64,000 nt of DNA from a virus: the IMG/VR virus record IMGVR_UViG_3300044514_000040. One strand, 5' to 3'. Below are positions 1 through 9,430 of the stretch, piece by piece. The notes under the pieces are model-generated. The model did not search any database. It was not told the origin of the DNA and saw nothing but the letters and a program-made list of their open reading frames with translations. Each line of letters begins with the position of its first letter. Position 1 is the stretch's first letter. A program made the position numbers and the translations under genes.

Positions 1-636
1 TGGAAGGTTGGCAAGAGCATCCGCTTGGGACTCCGCAACGGGCGCGTGTTCATCGACTTGATCCTTGAAAAGCCACGTCCGCCGATTCGTGAAACAGGCG
101 AAATTCTCGGCTTGGACTCGAACTACAAGGCCGGTCTGACTTGTTCTGACGAGCAGCAGATTGGCAGCGATGTTTACCATCACATCCAGAAGTTCGCGAA
201 GCGCCAGAAGCATACGCACGCTGAAGCTAAAAGTCGAATGCTGCACGCCATGAAGTCTCTTAACTTGGAAGGAGTCAAAACGCTTGTTATCGAGAATCTG
301 AAGAATGTTCGGCGTCACACGTTTGGAAAGTTTCCGAGGACGCTGAACCGCCGCCTGTCCCACTGGTTGTATCGAACCTATGTGGCATGGCTGGAGTGTC
401 GTTGTGAGGAACTTGGGATTCGGCTGAAACGAAAGAGTCCCTGGAAGACTTCGCAGTGCTGCTCGAAATGCCATAGGTGGGATCGGCGCAGTCGCCAGGG
501 TGACACATTTCTTTGCGTGTTTTGCCATCATTCGGAACATGCCGATTTCAACGCACCGAAGAACCTTGTGTACCTAGAGACGCTAGGAGCCTATGGTCTC
601 TACGAGCTTCAAAGCTTGAAGCTTTGTTCACAATGA
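1..636 (+). CDS. tnpB: TnpB RNA-guided nuclease (IS200/IS605 or IS607 type), 5' end outside window
   Basis: RuvC-I ILGLDSNY, RuvC-II LVIENL, zinc finger CSKC...CVFC, RuvC-III HADFNA; TTCAC at about 626-630 resembles an element right end. Confidence 0.85.
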   Translation, partial: WKVGKSIRLGLRNGRVFIDLILEKPRPPIRETGEILGLDSNYKAGLTCSDEQQIGSDVYHHIQKFAKRQKHTHAEAKSRMLHAMKSLNLEGVKTLVIENLKNVRRHTFGKFPRTLNRRLSHWLYRTYVAWLECRCEELGIRLKRKSPWKTSQCCSKCHRWDRRSRQGDTFLCVFCHHSEHADFNAPKNLVYLETLGAYGLYELQSLKLCSQ

Positions 637-854
637 CAAAGTTTCTGACAACCATCCGTTGGTTCGGCGCTGCGTGCGCCATGTACCTAGCCTATTACAA
701 CTGGGTATGGCGAACGAGGTTCCCAGATGGCAGCGGGAAGCCGGGCAAGTTACGAGCACCAGCCGCCATGCTCGCCGGAGTGACCGACCACCTTTACTCG
801 TTCGACGAACTCTACGACGAAGTGCTGATGTACTCTGGCACTCCCTCGTGGTAA
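633..854 (+). pseudogene. C-terminal fragment of an IS1-like transposase, apparently interrupted by the tnpB element
   Basis: AACAMYLAYYNWVWR...PAAMLAGVTDHLYSFDEL resembles the Y-YNF-R...TPAMAAGVTDH C-terminus of IS1-like transposases. Confidence 0.6.
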
Positions 855-1088
855 CGGGGCGCAGACAGCATCCGTTACGAACATTTTACTTTGTCCCGCG
901 CCCGCCAGAATTGGCGGGCGTTTCTTTTGCGCTAAGGAGGCTTCCTCGGGACCATCCCCTACAAAAGCTAATATTCAACGTCGAGCCAGGATGCTGCGGT
1001 GACATCGCCAAGGTCATCCAAACGATCATCGTGGATGCAACTGATCGCGACGGAGCCTATCGCAAGTTTTACACTACCGATGGCGTGC

Positions 1089-1379
1089 TCATTGGGATGT
1101 GCCGTACGCTATCCCACCAACCATTGTCGGACAGGCGTATGCAGGACTCCCAACGATCGCCGGTTCACCTTCCGGGTGCCGCGACAACTTGACAATCGCG
1201 CCGCTGGTGATACCAGTGGATGGGTAAGTAAATGGTTCTACTACAACTGCAATGTGCTCAACTTCGTCGATGACAATTGCTGTGCCACGGCCATCGGGTT
1301 CACCATTGGCGTTGTGGTGGACAACTCGAATAACGCGACCGCTGTTACGCAACTCGTTACAATATTCGCGCGCGTCCAT
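1089..1379 (-). CDS. Hypothetical protein (IS passenger)
   Basis: 96-aa ORF with protein-like composition inside the putative IS. Confidence 0.45.
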   Translation of the reverse strand: MDAREYCNELRNSGRVIRVVHHNANGEPDGRGTAIVIDEVEHIAVVVEPFTYPSTGITSGAIVKLSRHPEGEPAIVGSPAYACPTMVGGIAYGTSQ

Positions 1380-1530
1380 TGTCCCAAGCCTTTCATTTCT
1401 GGCCCCGCTCGACCGTCGCTCCCAAGCAAAGCGGTTGACGGGGCTGGATGTTCAGATTGGCGGTGAATGTACCGCTAGCCGAGGGACGCATCCAGCAGGC
1501 GGAAACGACGCGGCGTGACCAAACGTGTCG

Positions 1531-1550
1531 TTCAAATTAGGCCACTACCC
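1531..1550 (-). mobile_element. Probable right terminal inverted repeat of the IS1-like element; passenger ORFs at about 860-1380
   Basis: TTCAAATTAGGCCACTACCC (reverse complement GGGTAGTGG...); homology to the 3436 region resumes immediately after it. Confidence 0.5.
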
Positions 1551-1594
1551 GACGGCTGACCGCGAGCCATCACAGCGGCCCGAAGGAATGAAAA

Positions 1595-1947
1595 TGAGAA
1601 CAGCATACTGCCCGAAATCGCATGTCCGGCTGGCCGGCCACTGGGCCGGCGACGAGTACGGCCACGTACCGGGGCACCAGTATCACGACGTGGATGTCGT
1701 GATTTCGACGCGCGGCGGCAAATACCGCTGCCACGTCGTGGAGTCTTGGGGCTCGGCGCAAGGATATGACGAGGAGCATGGTAGACGAGAGGTCGTTGGG
1801 CGCGGGGACTCGATCCGCGCCGCCGTGTCCGAGGCTCGTGCCGGCGCGGATCGAGCTGGCATCGACGCTGGCTTGGCGTCGCAAGCGTTGCTTGTGGCGG
1901 CGGACGGCGCGGAGGAGTACGCGGACGATCTAGCCGCGGCTGAGTAG
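1595..1947 (+). CDS. Hypothetical protein, paralog of 3478-3825
   Basis: MRTAYCPKSH...EYGHVPGHQYHDVDVVISTRGGKYR shared with the second copy. Confidence 0.8.
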
Positions 1948-1948
1948 T

Positions 1949-2345
1949 TCGTGGTGAGCCGGGCGCCCGCGGCCCGGCTTTCCGCCCCGGTCCCACCGAG
2001 GGGCCGGGGCGGAATCGGCTGCACACCGCGGCAGAAGACACCCATCACTGAGGTGACAGAGTTTGAGTCTGAGTCTGAGAAGTGCGTTTGCGGGCACGTA
2101 AAACACGAACATGACCGGGCGTATCCGGGCGGTCAGTACCTAGGTTGCTGCAGGTTCGACCGCGGTTGCACTTGCGAAAAATTCCGGCGGCTGACGGCGA
2201 CGGCCGACCGCCCGCGGCCCAGCTTTCCGCCCCTGCCATCGAGTGACGACGTGGGCGGGTCCTCGCCGTCGAAGAGCTAAAGCGCCGCTTAATGATTGAC
2301 TGGTAATCGTGGTGAGCCGGGTGGCCCTTAGCCCGGCTTTCCGCC
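1949..2345 (+). repeat. Two ~38-bp hairpin-forming direct repeats (1949-1986, 2307-2345), partial third at about 2208-2231
   Basis: TCGTGGTGAGCCGGG-loop-CCCGGCTTTCCGCC in both copies. Confidence 0.75.
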
Positions 2346-2376
2346 AGATTAGGGGAGTAGATAAAAGGAGAATGGC

Positions 2377-2595
2377 ATGACCGACATCACGACCGCGACA
2401 CTGGCCGGTAAACTGATGAAAGTGCCGCCAGTGGCGCTGGTCACTATTTGGCCGCGCGAAACGCAAGTCACGGTCGGAGAGCATCGCTCGACAATCACCG
2501 GAAAGCCGGAAGCGGCTGCGTGGTTAGCAATTCGGTTTGCGGCGGATCACGGATCAGATACGTTGCAAGTCCGCATCGAAAACGTAGATGACTAG
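2377..2595 (+). CDS. Hypothetical protein
   Basis: AGGAG RBS upstream, 72 aa. Confidence 0.7.
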   Translation: MTDITTATLAGKLMKVPPVALVTIWPRETQVTVGEHRSTITGKPEAAAWLAIRFAADHGSDTLQVRIENVDD

Positions 2596-2737
2596 AAAAC
2601 AGGTTGAGCGTCACCGTCGTACGCGATGGGCAGGAAGCCGTGGCGTTTCCGTGACTGGCGCTCGATGTCGGGTCGGTTGCAAAATTTGTAGCGACGGTTT
2701 TTCGATGGGGGCCACATTTCAAAGGAGCTTTTGATCT

Positions 2738-2965
2738 ATGAGACGATACTACGTCTACCGCTACGGCAGCAACGCTGCCAACCAGTCCATGAACAATGGA
2801 CCGGTCCACGTCGCCACCGTCACGGCGGACGACGAACAACACGCCTGCGAGTGGGCCGCTCGCCGGGTCACAGTCTACAACAACCAGCACCTCGAAGCGC
2901 GTCTGGCTGACGAGGTGGACGCGGAAGAGGCGGCGGTTGATGAGGCCGTGGAAGTGCTGGAATAG
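2738..2965 (+). CDS. Hypothetical protein
   Basis: AAGGAG RBS upstream, 75 aa. Confidence 0.75.
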   Translation: MRRYYVYRYGSNAANQSMNNGPVHVATVTADDEQHACEWAARRVTVYNNQHLEARLADEVDAEEAAVDEAVEVLE

Positions 2966-2991
2966 TGGACCGGAAGCGGACTCCACTTGGC

Positions 2992-3073
2992 GCGGAGCGC
3001 GGCGAAGGACACGACGCTGTGGATTCAGGGCTGATGTCGCCCGGTGCGCAGGTTCAACTCCTGCCGCTCCGCC
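2992..3073 (+). ncRNA. tRNA-like element, non-canonical, anticodon not assignable
   Basis: Acceptor-like stem GCGGAGCG/CGCTCCGC and T-arm GCAGG-TTCAACT-CCTGC; D and anticodon arms irregular. Confidence 0.55.
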
Positions 3074-3074
3074 T

Positions 3075-3385
3075 TTGGTGATCCTAGCCTAAAGACGGCT
3101 GGGCATGTTCGACAGCGGTTAGTCTGAAATCGCCGCTCTGTCGGAAGGTATCGCCCGGAAGCCAATCAGACGGCAAGCCGGAACTGCGGGCCTTATGATG
3201 ACAGACATGCGCTCATGGCGACACGTGTTTGCAAGGTCGCATCACCAATCTTTTTCGTTTGGTCAGAATCCGAAGTCGATAGGCCACCCACTACGCAACT
3301 GACAGTGACCCGGTGAGGTAAAGTCCGAGCGACTTTGCTTAAGCGGTCGAAAGGGCTGAATCGGTTGGTGGGTGGCCGTTTTTTC
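3075..3385 (+). ncRNA. Two structured RNA candidates (3075-3248, 3282-3377), each closed by a long stem and followed by a T-run
   Basis: TTGGTGAT/ATCACCAA and GGCCACCCACT/GGTGGGTGGCC closing stems; no ORF in the track. Confidence 0.5.
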
Positions 3386-3405
3386 GTGCGAATTGCTTGG
3401 TTTTT
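3379..3405 (+). promoter_or_regulatory. Conserved intergenic motif TTTTCGTG-N4-TTGCT-N-GGTTYTT, copy 1 of 6 (others 4655, 5779, 9392, 13523, 13661)
   Basis: Six fixed-spacing, same-orientation copies, all intergenic. Confidence 0.75.
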
Positions 3406-3477
3406 ATGTTGGGAGTCGCAACCCGATCTATCGCGACGGCTGACCGCGAGCCATCACTGCGGACTTGGAGAATCGAA

Positions 3478-3825
3478 ATGAGAACCGCTTACTGTCCGAA
3501 GTCACATGAGGAACTGGCCGACCGCTCGGCTGGCAACGAGTACGGCCACGTGCCAGGCCACCAATATCATGACGTGGATGTCGTGATCTCGACGCGCGGC
3601 GGAAAATACCGTGTTCAAGTTGTCGAGTCCTGGGGTAGCTGCCAGGGATATAACGAAGAGCACGGCCGCCGGGAGGTCATTGGCCGTGGCGACACAATCC
3701 GCGAAGCCGTGGCTGACGCCCGCGACGCCGCCCAGCAAGCGGACATCTCCATCAGCTACCTCACGCAAGCACTGTCGCGGGCTGAGGACGATGCCGAGGA
3801 AAAGCTGGCCGATGCCAGCGTGTGA
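3478..3825 (+). CDS. Hypothetical protein, paralog of 1595-1947
   Basis: High amino-acid identity to the first copy; shared upstream GACGGCTGACCGCGAGCCATCAC. Confidence 0.8.
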   Translation: MRTAYCPKSHEELADRSAGNEYGHVPGHQYHDVDVVISTRGGKYRVQVVESWGSCQGYNEEHGRREVIGRGDTIREAVADARDAAQQADISISYLTQALSRAEDDAEEKLADASV

Positions 3826-4090
3826 TCCATCGTGGCAGTCCGGTCGTGACGGACTGCCGACGTTCTCGAAGAGAGTTTACGGCCGAGGAGAGACGGCGGA
3901 AAAGGCGCTGTTCAACGCCACCCATTTCCGCCGCAACGGACAGTGGTGGAGTTACGGAAGCGGCAGCGGACACCCGAACGCCTCTGACCTGTCCGTCGAG
4001 GAAGTGGACGATGAGGAAGTGGATTCCGAGCTGCTCGATAGAGTTGAGGAAGCTGCGGAGTTCGCCGAGAATCAGAACTACGATTACTGA
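3812..4090 (+). CDS. Hypothetical acidic protein
   Basis: 3' part of ORF 3611-4090, overlapping the upstream stop; start uncertain. Confidence 0.55.
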   Translation: MPACDPSWQSGRDGLPTFSKRVYGRGETAEKALFNATHFRRNGQWWSYGSGSGHPNASDLSVEEVDDEEVDSELLDRVEEAAEFAENQNYDY

Positions 4091-4100
4091 GCCATCGAAT

Positions 4101-4162
4101 CCGCGCTGTCGGACCACGGTATCCGCCGCCTGCCCCCGGTGGAAAGCGTGCCGCCAGCGCGG
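4101..4162 (+). ncRNA. Conserved ~63-nt hairpin with CCTGCCCC loop, copy 1
   Basis: GCGCTGTCGG...CCTGCCCC...CCGCCAGCGC; homologs at 5821 and 15904. Confidence 0.65.
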
Positions 4163-4313
4163 TCTTGATTGCTCGCGAGTAGTTTCTAAGCCGTGCTTGC
4201 GGTTTGGTAAGTGGTTCTTTCCAAAAGAACGACAGGCGAAACCGACTGAACTGGATCGGTGGCCAACTGGTCCCGTTCGGTCGCTTCCGACAATGAACCC
4301 CTGGAGATTTCAC

Positions 4314-4646
4314 ATGGGCCAAATTTTACGCATGAACCGTGCCGCCAGATTCATCGACGCCTTTGGCAAGGACTTGACGGCGCAGCTTCCGCTCGCCAAA
4401 GGCGACAGGCTGACGGTCGAATCCATCGGCATCGGGCCACGCGACAGCGATGGCGAACAAGTTGTGGTGAATCTCGCGGTCAAGAAGGATGGCGGCGAAG
4501 TTCACGAAGTCGAGTTGACCGACTGGGATGTGTTGTTCGACCCGGAATATGAGACGGCAGGTGATATGGTGGAGTGGCTGAGCGAGATGCTTGGAATCAG
4601 TGAGGATGAGTGCCACGAGAGAATGAAGGCGGCAGACTTGGTGTAA
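4314..4646 (+). CDS. Hypothetical protein
   Basis: GGAG RBS then MGQILRMN... Confidence 0.75.
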   Translation: MGQILRMNRAARFIDAFGKDLTAQLPLAKGDRLTVESIGIGPRDSDGEQVVVNLAVKKDGGEVHEVELTDWDVLFDPEYETAGDMVEWLSEMLGISEDECHERMKAADLV

Positions 4647-4883
4647 CCAACAACTTTTCGTGGCATTTGCTAGGTTTTTGTGTCGGGAAGAAAAATTGTC
4701 CAGCGCAGATCGCTACGGTGTCCGGCATCTTGACGGGTGGCGTGCGTGGACGACCCGCCTGCTGCTGCTCTGTCCCGCAATGCCCCAACCCAACCAGCCC
4801 GTCAGTTAGCCACCTGGATTCTACCGTTGCGAAGAGCCAGGAATTATTTGTCTCGACTGGTGCAGGATTGTGCCGGGGACGCG

Positions 4884-4968
4884 ACTGTTCCATTTTTGTT
4901 AACTATCGCTAACAAATGCAGGCGGATTGACCGCCAGGTGGGAACCCACAAAGCCGTTGGCGACCATC
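4884..4968. repeat. 85-bp exact inverted copy of 49181-49265 (terminase leader)
   Basis: Reverse-complement identity read base by base. Confidence 0.95.
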
Positions 4969-5021
4969 GACTACCAGAATCCTAGACCAGCGCGGATTGT
5001 GCCGCAATAGGAGAACGCACA

Positions 5022-5453
5022 GTGAACTACTTTGTCCTGCAAATGACGGAAAACGAACCCGGACAACTTCTCGGACCAGGCACGCACGAGCAAGCAGTAG
5101 CTTGCGCGGCAGATATCATTGCCTGCCACGAGCCAGTCACCGATGAAATCGAAGTGGCGCTGGCCGAGGATTGCGTTTACGGTTCGACTGCCCTGGGAGG
5201 GCGGGTATTCATCTTGATTTCAGAACCGTTCGGGAAAGCAACGCCACAAATGAGGCGATTCCTCGTTGACTCCGGCGAAATGACGCGCGTCGTCGAAGCG
5301 CAGGACTGGCAGCACGCTGCCGCGCTGGCCGTGCGCATCGAGCACGATTCCGGCAATCCTCCTCAACAACTTGGAGGTGTTGGATGCCTGCTGATTGCGA
5401 TAGCGTTTTGCATCGTGTGGTGGGCTATCCTTGGGTTTCCGAGATTTTGGTAG
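5022..5453 (+). CDS. Hypothetical protein with C-terminal hydrophobic helix
   Basis: AGGAG RBS, GTG start. Confidence 0.65.
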   Translation: MNYFVLQMTENEPGQLLGPGTHEQAVACAADIIACHEPVTDEIEVALAEDCVYGSTALGGRVFILISEPFGKATPQMRRFLVDSGEMTRVVEAQDWQHAAALAVRIEHDSGNPPQQLGGVGCLLIAIAFCIVWWAILGFPRFW

Positions 5454-5467
5454 TAAGCGAGGAACTA

Positions 5468-5770
5468 ATGGCCCAGCCACGTGGACATACCCAATTACCG
5501 ACTATCCGCCGTTATCTGCGACGGCTGAAAGATCGCTGCGTCAAAGAATTCGACCGACTGGAGCGTCTCATCGACGAGCAGCTTGAGGCGCGGCGGACGA
5601 GTCCCGTCGTCGGCGTGGCGGCCATGTTCGACAAAGGCCGCCAATCCGGCTGGTGCGCCTATTGGTGCGTGGACGGCAAGCAAGTCAAGAAGCGATTCTC
5701 GTTTGCCAAGTACGGCGGACGGCACAAGGCGCTTCTGGCTGCGGTTAAGCACCGCAAGGAACACGAGTAA
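5468..5770 (+). CDS. AP2-like DNA-binding domain protein
   Basis: GWCAYWCVDGKQVKKRFSFAKYG...ALLAAVKHR resembles an AP2 domain. Confidence 0.6.
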   Translation: MAQPRGHTQLPTIRRYLRRLKDRCVKEFDRLERLIDEQLEARRTSPVVGVAAMFDKGRQSGWCAYWCVDGKQVKKRFSFAKYGGRHKALLAAVKHRKEHE

Positions 5771-5820
5771 ACGTCGCGTTTTCGTGTTCTTTGCTTGGTT
5801 TTTTGCGACAAGACAATTCA

Positions 5821-5883
5821 GCGCTGGCGGCGAAACGGCTGATCGGGTTCCTGCCCCGCCCGTATCGGTCGTGCCGCCAGCGC
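5821..5883 (+). ncRNA. Conserved hairpin with CCTGCCCC loop, copy 2
   Basis: GCGCTGGCGGCG...CCTGCCCC...TGCCGCCAGCGC. Confidence 0.65.
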
Positions 5884-5915
5884 GTTCTTAACCCGTGGGC
5901 TAACGAGATTGAACC

Positions 5916-7112
5916 ATGCCTCGAATCAATGTCTTCGGTGCCGAGCTAACGCCGGTTACCACAATCGCGCAGCTTGAGCGCGTGCTTGGCCGATACGCTC
6001 GCGTCAGCCAATCGGTCGTCGTGTTCGGCCAGCCTGGAGTCGGCAAGAGCGCAGCCGTGCAATCTCTGGCACTCACCACCGGCCGCAAGCTGTTCCAAAT
6101 TCACGGCCCACACCACGGGCCGGAAGATTTCAAGTTCCCCGTAGTGCATAATCCGCTGATGGAGCGGTTGGTTAAGCTCTTCGAGTACCGCTTTTCTCGC
6201 CGCAGTCGGGACACATCGGCCAACATGCCGGACTTCTCAACCATGCCAGAGGCTATGCAGTCGATTGCCGCCGTTCGCTGGTTGCAGACGGTGTTTCCAA
6301 GTGACCCATTTTGGGATGGGTTCATCTTCATCGACGAGTTCGGGTACATGCCGACAGCCGTGCAGGCTGCCCTCCTGGGACTGTTCCATAGTGGCGAGAG
6401 GCGCATCGGAACGGACTACGTGTTGCCGGCGAAAGCTACCGTTATTGGTGCCAGCAACCTGCTCTCTGATGGGAGTGGATCGACGCGCAGCATCGCACCG
6501 ATGGTGCTGCGAATCAACAAGCTGCTGTTTCAGCCGGACGTTAGCCGGTCACTTTCCGGCCGCACGTTCAACGATGAGTTCTGCCAGTGGCTGGACCAGC
6601 AGAACTACGCGGCAGCGGATGACGTGATTTCCTTCGTCCGCTGCTACCCGGACAAGCTGCACGACTACTCGCCGGACCGACTGGCCGACAGCCCCACACC
6701 GCGAGGCTGGGCTGAAGTGGCACAGCTCATCGACAAGCAGATCACGCCGGACGACCACCTATTAGTGGCCGGAAAGATCGGACCGAGCATCGCCGATCAG
6801 TTCTGCGCACATCGGGAGTTGACCGTCCGCATCGACCCCATCGCCGTGGTCAATCACCCGGACACTTCCGCGGTGCCAGAAAACGAGCCAGCACTGCTGT
6901 GGGCAACCGTTGGCGCCGTGGCTGGAGTTGCCAAGCAGGCCACTCCGAAGCAGCAGGCCGGCATCGTCCGGTATTTGTGCCGCTGTCCGGCAGAGTACGC
7001 GGTCTATGGAATTATCGACGCCATGTCGCGCTGCCGACACATCCTAGAATCCACGGATGGTGGCGCGTTTCTGAGGAAGTTCGGCCCGCTGATCGCAGGC
7101 AAGCAATCATAA
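5916..7112 (+). CDS. MoxR-like AAA+ ATPase
   Basis: Walker A GQPGVGKS, Walker B FIFIDE, sensor ASN, PTPRGW motif. Confidence 0.85.
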   Translation: MPRINVFGAELTPVTTIAQLERVLGRYARVSQSVVVFGQPGVGKSAAVQSLALTTGRKLFQIHGPHHGPEDFKFPVVHNPLMERLVKLFEYRFSRRSRDTSANMPDFSTMPEAMQSIAAVRWLQTVFPSDPFWDGFIFIDEFGYMPTAVQAALLGLFHSGERRIGTDYVLPAKATVIGASNLLSDGSGSTRSIAPMVLRINKLLFQPDVSRSLSGRTFNDEFCQWLDQQNYAAADDVISFVRCYPDKLHDYSPDRLADSPTPRGWAEVAQLIDKQITPDDHLLVAGKIGPSIADQFCAHRELTVRIDPIAVVNHPDTSAVPENEPALLWATVGAVAGVAKQATPKQQAGIVRYLCRCPAEYAVYGIIDAMSRCRHILESTDGGAFLRKFGPLIAGKQS

Positions 7113-7125
7113 AGGAGATCGCACC

Positions 7126-8433
7126 ATGACCGTCGCAATGCCAGATATCGCCGCTGATTTTGACCCGCTTGCAGAACTGGCCGAGTTGGCTCGCCGGCAG
7201 CGTTCGGAGAAGGCAGCCGGACAGTTGCTCACAGTCGCCAAGGTGCGATTGGTGACAGGCCGTGCGATTCCGTATGCCGCAGGCGATGACGCCGCACTGA
7301 AGCGTGGCCTTGGGGTCAGCGCGTTCTTCTCCTCGCTGATCCGCCGAACCAGGTATGTCCCGGACTGGAACATCGACACCGCCTGCACCGACGGCAAGCG
7401 GACAAGATTCCGGCCGGACTTCGTAGCCGAGTTGGGCGAGGCGCATGTTATCGGACTGTTGGCGCACGAGGTTTTGCACGACGCTTTTGGAGACCATGCG
7501 TGGTGCCGCAACCTGGAACACGACAGGGCCAATGTCGCCGCCGATTTGGCCAAGAATTGGATTTTGCGAGAGGCTGGCATTACGCTCCCGGCCTGCGCGT
7601 TGTTCCCGAACAAGCGTTTCCTATTCCGAGGGATTCCCGTTGGACCGTTCCCGCCAGGACTATCACGCGATTCGTACTATTCGCTGCTACCAGACGCGCC
7701 GCCGCGTGGCGAAGACGGAGAGGAAGGAGAACAGGGCAGCGAGGGTGGCGACTGGGGACAATTCGAGGCACCGGCGGATGGCAATGATGCCACGGATCGC
7801 GCCTCGGAACAGCTCGCAAAACAAATCCTGTCTGCCGCCTATCAGGAGGCCAAGCTACGCGGCACGCTGCCAGGCGACATGGAACGGATGGTCGATGAAC
7901 TGCTGGCCCCGACGATCAACTGGCGAGACGTGGTCCAAGATTGGGCCACGCGACAAGTCAAACAAGAACACTCCTGGGCACGCCCCAGCCGCAAGTGGCT
8001 GGCGCAAGGACACTACCTGCCATCGCTGTCCGGCGAGGGACTTGGTCACTTGGTATTTATGAACGACACGAGTGGTTCACTCGACAACGCCGAGTCTCGC
8101 GCCAGACTGCGCAGCGAGGCCGTGGCGGCTGCCATGTGCGCCAAGCCGGCGCTGGTGACGATCATCCATCACGACAGCGTGGTGCAGCGCGTCGAGACAT
8201 GGCGGGATGGCGACGGTGAATTGCCGTGGCATCCCAAGGGCGGTGGCGGTACTGACCACAGACCGGTTTTTGAGGCATTGACCAATTTGGATGAGCCGCC
8301 GGATGCCGTGGTGGCGCTGACTGACTTAGTTTCAGTGTTCCCAGCCAGTGCGCCAGATTGTCCTGTGCTCTGGGCTACCACGGAAGAGTTACCTGCACCG
8401 GAGTGGGGAAAGAAAGTGTTGATGCGCGAATGA
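7126..8433 (+). CDS. Metallopeptidase-VWA protein (DUF2201-like), partner of the AAA ATPase
   Basis: TACTDG, HEVLH (HExxH), MIDAS DTSGS, GGGGTD, LTD. Confidence 0.85.
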   Translation: MTVAMPDIAADFDPLAELAELARRQRSEKAAGQLLTVAKVRLVTGRAIPYAAGDDAALKRGLGVSAFFSSLIRRTRYVPDWNIDTACTDGKRTRFRPDFVAELGEAHVIGLLAHEVLHDAFGDHAWCRNLEHDRANVAADLAKNWILREAGITLPACALFPNKRFLFRGIPVGPFPPGLSRDSYYSLLPDAPPRGEDGEEGEQGSEGGDWGQFEAPADGNDATDRASEQLAKQILSAAYQEAKLRGTLPGDMERMVDELLAPTINWRDVVQDWATRQVKQEHSWARPSRKWLAQGHYLPSLSGEGLGHLVFMNDTSGSLDNAESRARLRSEAVAAAMCAKPALVTIIHHDSVVQRVETWRDGDGELPWHPKGGGGTDHRPVFEALTNLDEPPDAVVALTDLVSVFPASAPDCPVLWATTEELPAPEWGKKVLMRE

Positions 8434-9391
8434 AGCTCCGCGAAGTCTATGCCGCGCTGGTGTCCGAGTCGCCGTATCTGCGCAAGCCGCTTTTACTCGC
8501 CTGTCAGCGTGCCGAGTGGGACGTCAAAGCACGGGCTGAAGGCACACTTTGCGGTGGCGTTTGTTCAGAATGCCGCCAGAGGGAAGACACTCTAATTGGA
8601 GATCGCGCATGGCCACCGAAGCACGAGTCTGCCAACTGGTTCAGCGATTGGTTGATGCGGGCCGTATCTATTACGGCCAATCCACCGAAGCGCTGTCGGA
8701 AGTTCTGAGAAGTGCGGCCAAACACTGGGTTACAAAACACCCGGACAGCGCGCCGCAACCCTGGGGACCGGGGCCAAACGAGAACCTAGAGTTTCTGGTC
8801 TGCACCGCGCAGTCGCTCGTTTACGGCGTGGCGATTTCGTGGGAGCAGATTCAGTCTCTGGAGCGCCGCCAGGAAGGCATCTTCGAGTACGCGGCCACAG
8901 TCCACCGGCAGACACGCGGCGGCGGCTCGCCGTATTCCGTAGACATGGCCGCGCTCTGCGAATACCTGCTTGCACGGCGGCGTGAGGCATTGCCGGACAT
9001 GCTCGATTCCGAAGGCCGGATGAGCCTGGACTGCCGGACGCTGGCCGAACGTGTCGGCCTGTACGGCCAGTGCCTTGATGGTGGCCTGGAAGGTCGCGCG
9101 GCGTGGCTGATGACGCACTGGCTGGATTGGCTCGGACGCCGCAACCACGCCATGACGGAGTACGCTCCGGAATTGCCGCCAGCGAAACTCCCTGAAGTCT
9201 ACGCCGCGTTGGCGTCAGAGTCGCCGTACCTGCGCAAGCCGCTATTGCTGGCCTGCCAGCGTGCCGAGTGGGACGTTCCGAACGGCCGCTTGTGGCTGTC
9301 GCTCATGCGACACGAGAAGAAGCCGCTGGACGCGCTGGAGGAAACGATTGCCGCGCATCGCGCCTTGTGCGAGTCGGCCGGACTTCGGTGA
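8430..9391 (+). CDS. Hypothetical protein(s): ORFs 8430-8708 and about 8609-9391 sharing a 31-aa repeat; possibly one frameshifted gene
   Basis: KLxEVYAALxSESPYLRKPLLLACQRAEWDV at about 8433-8525 and 9185-9277. Confidence 0.5.
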
Positions 9392-9430
9392 TTTTCGTGC
9401 CTTTTGCTCGGTTCTTTCAGGAGACAAACG

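Noticed and set aside
4655..4679. Sigma54 promoter reading of the six-copy motif
   Set aside because: GG and GC are not at the -24/-12 spacing, and TGGC is absent from most copies.
8433..9277. The ~93-bp repeat pair near the RT as a DGR template/variable repeat
   Set aside because: Mismatches are mostly synonymous and not adenine-specific, and the RT has retron rather than DGR motifs.
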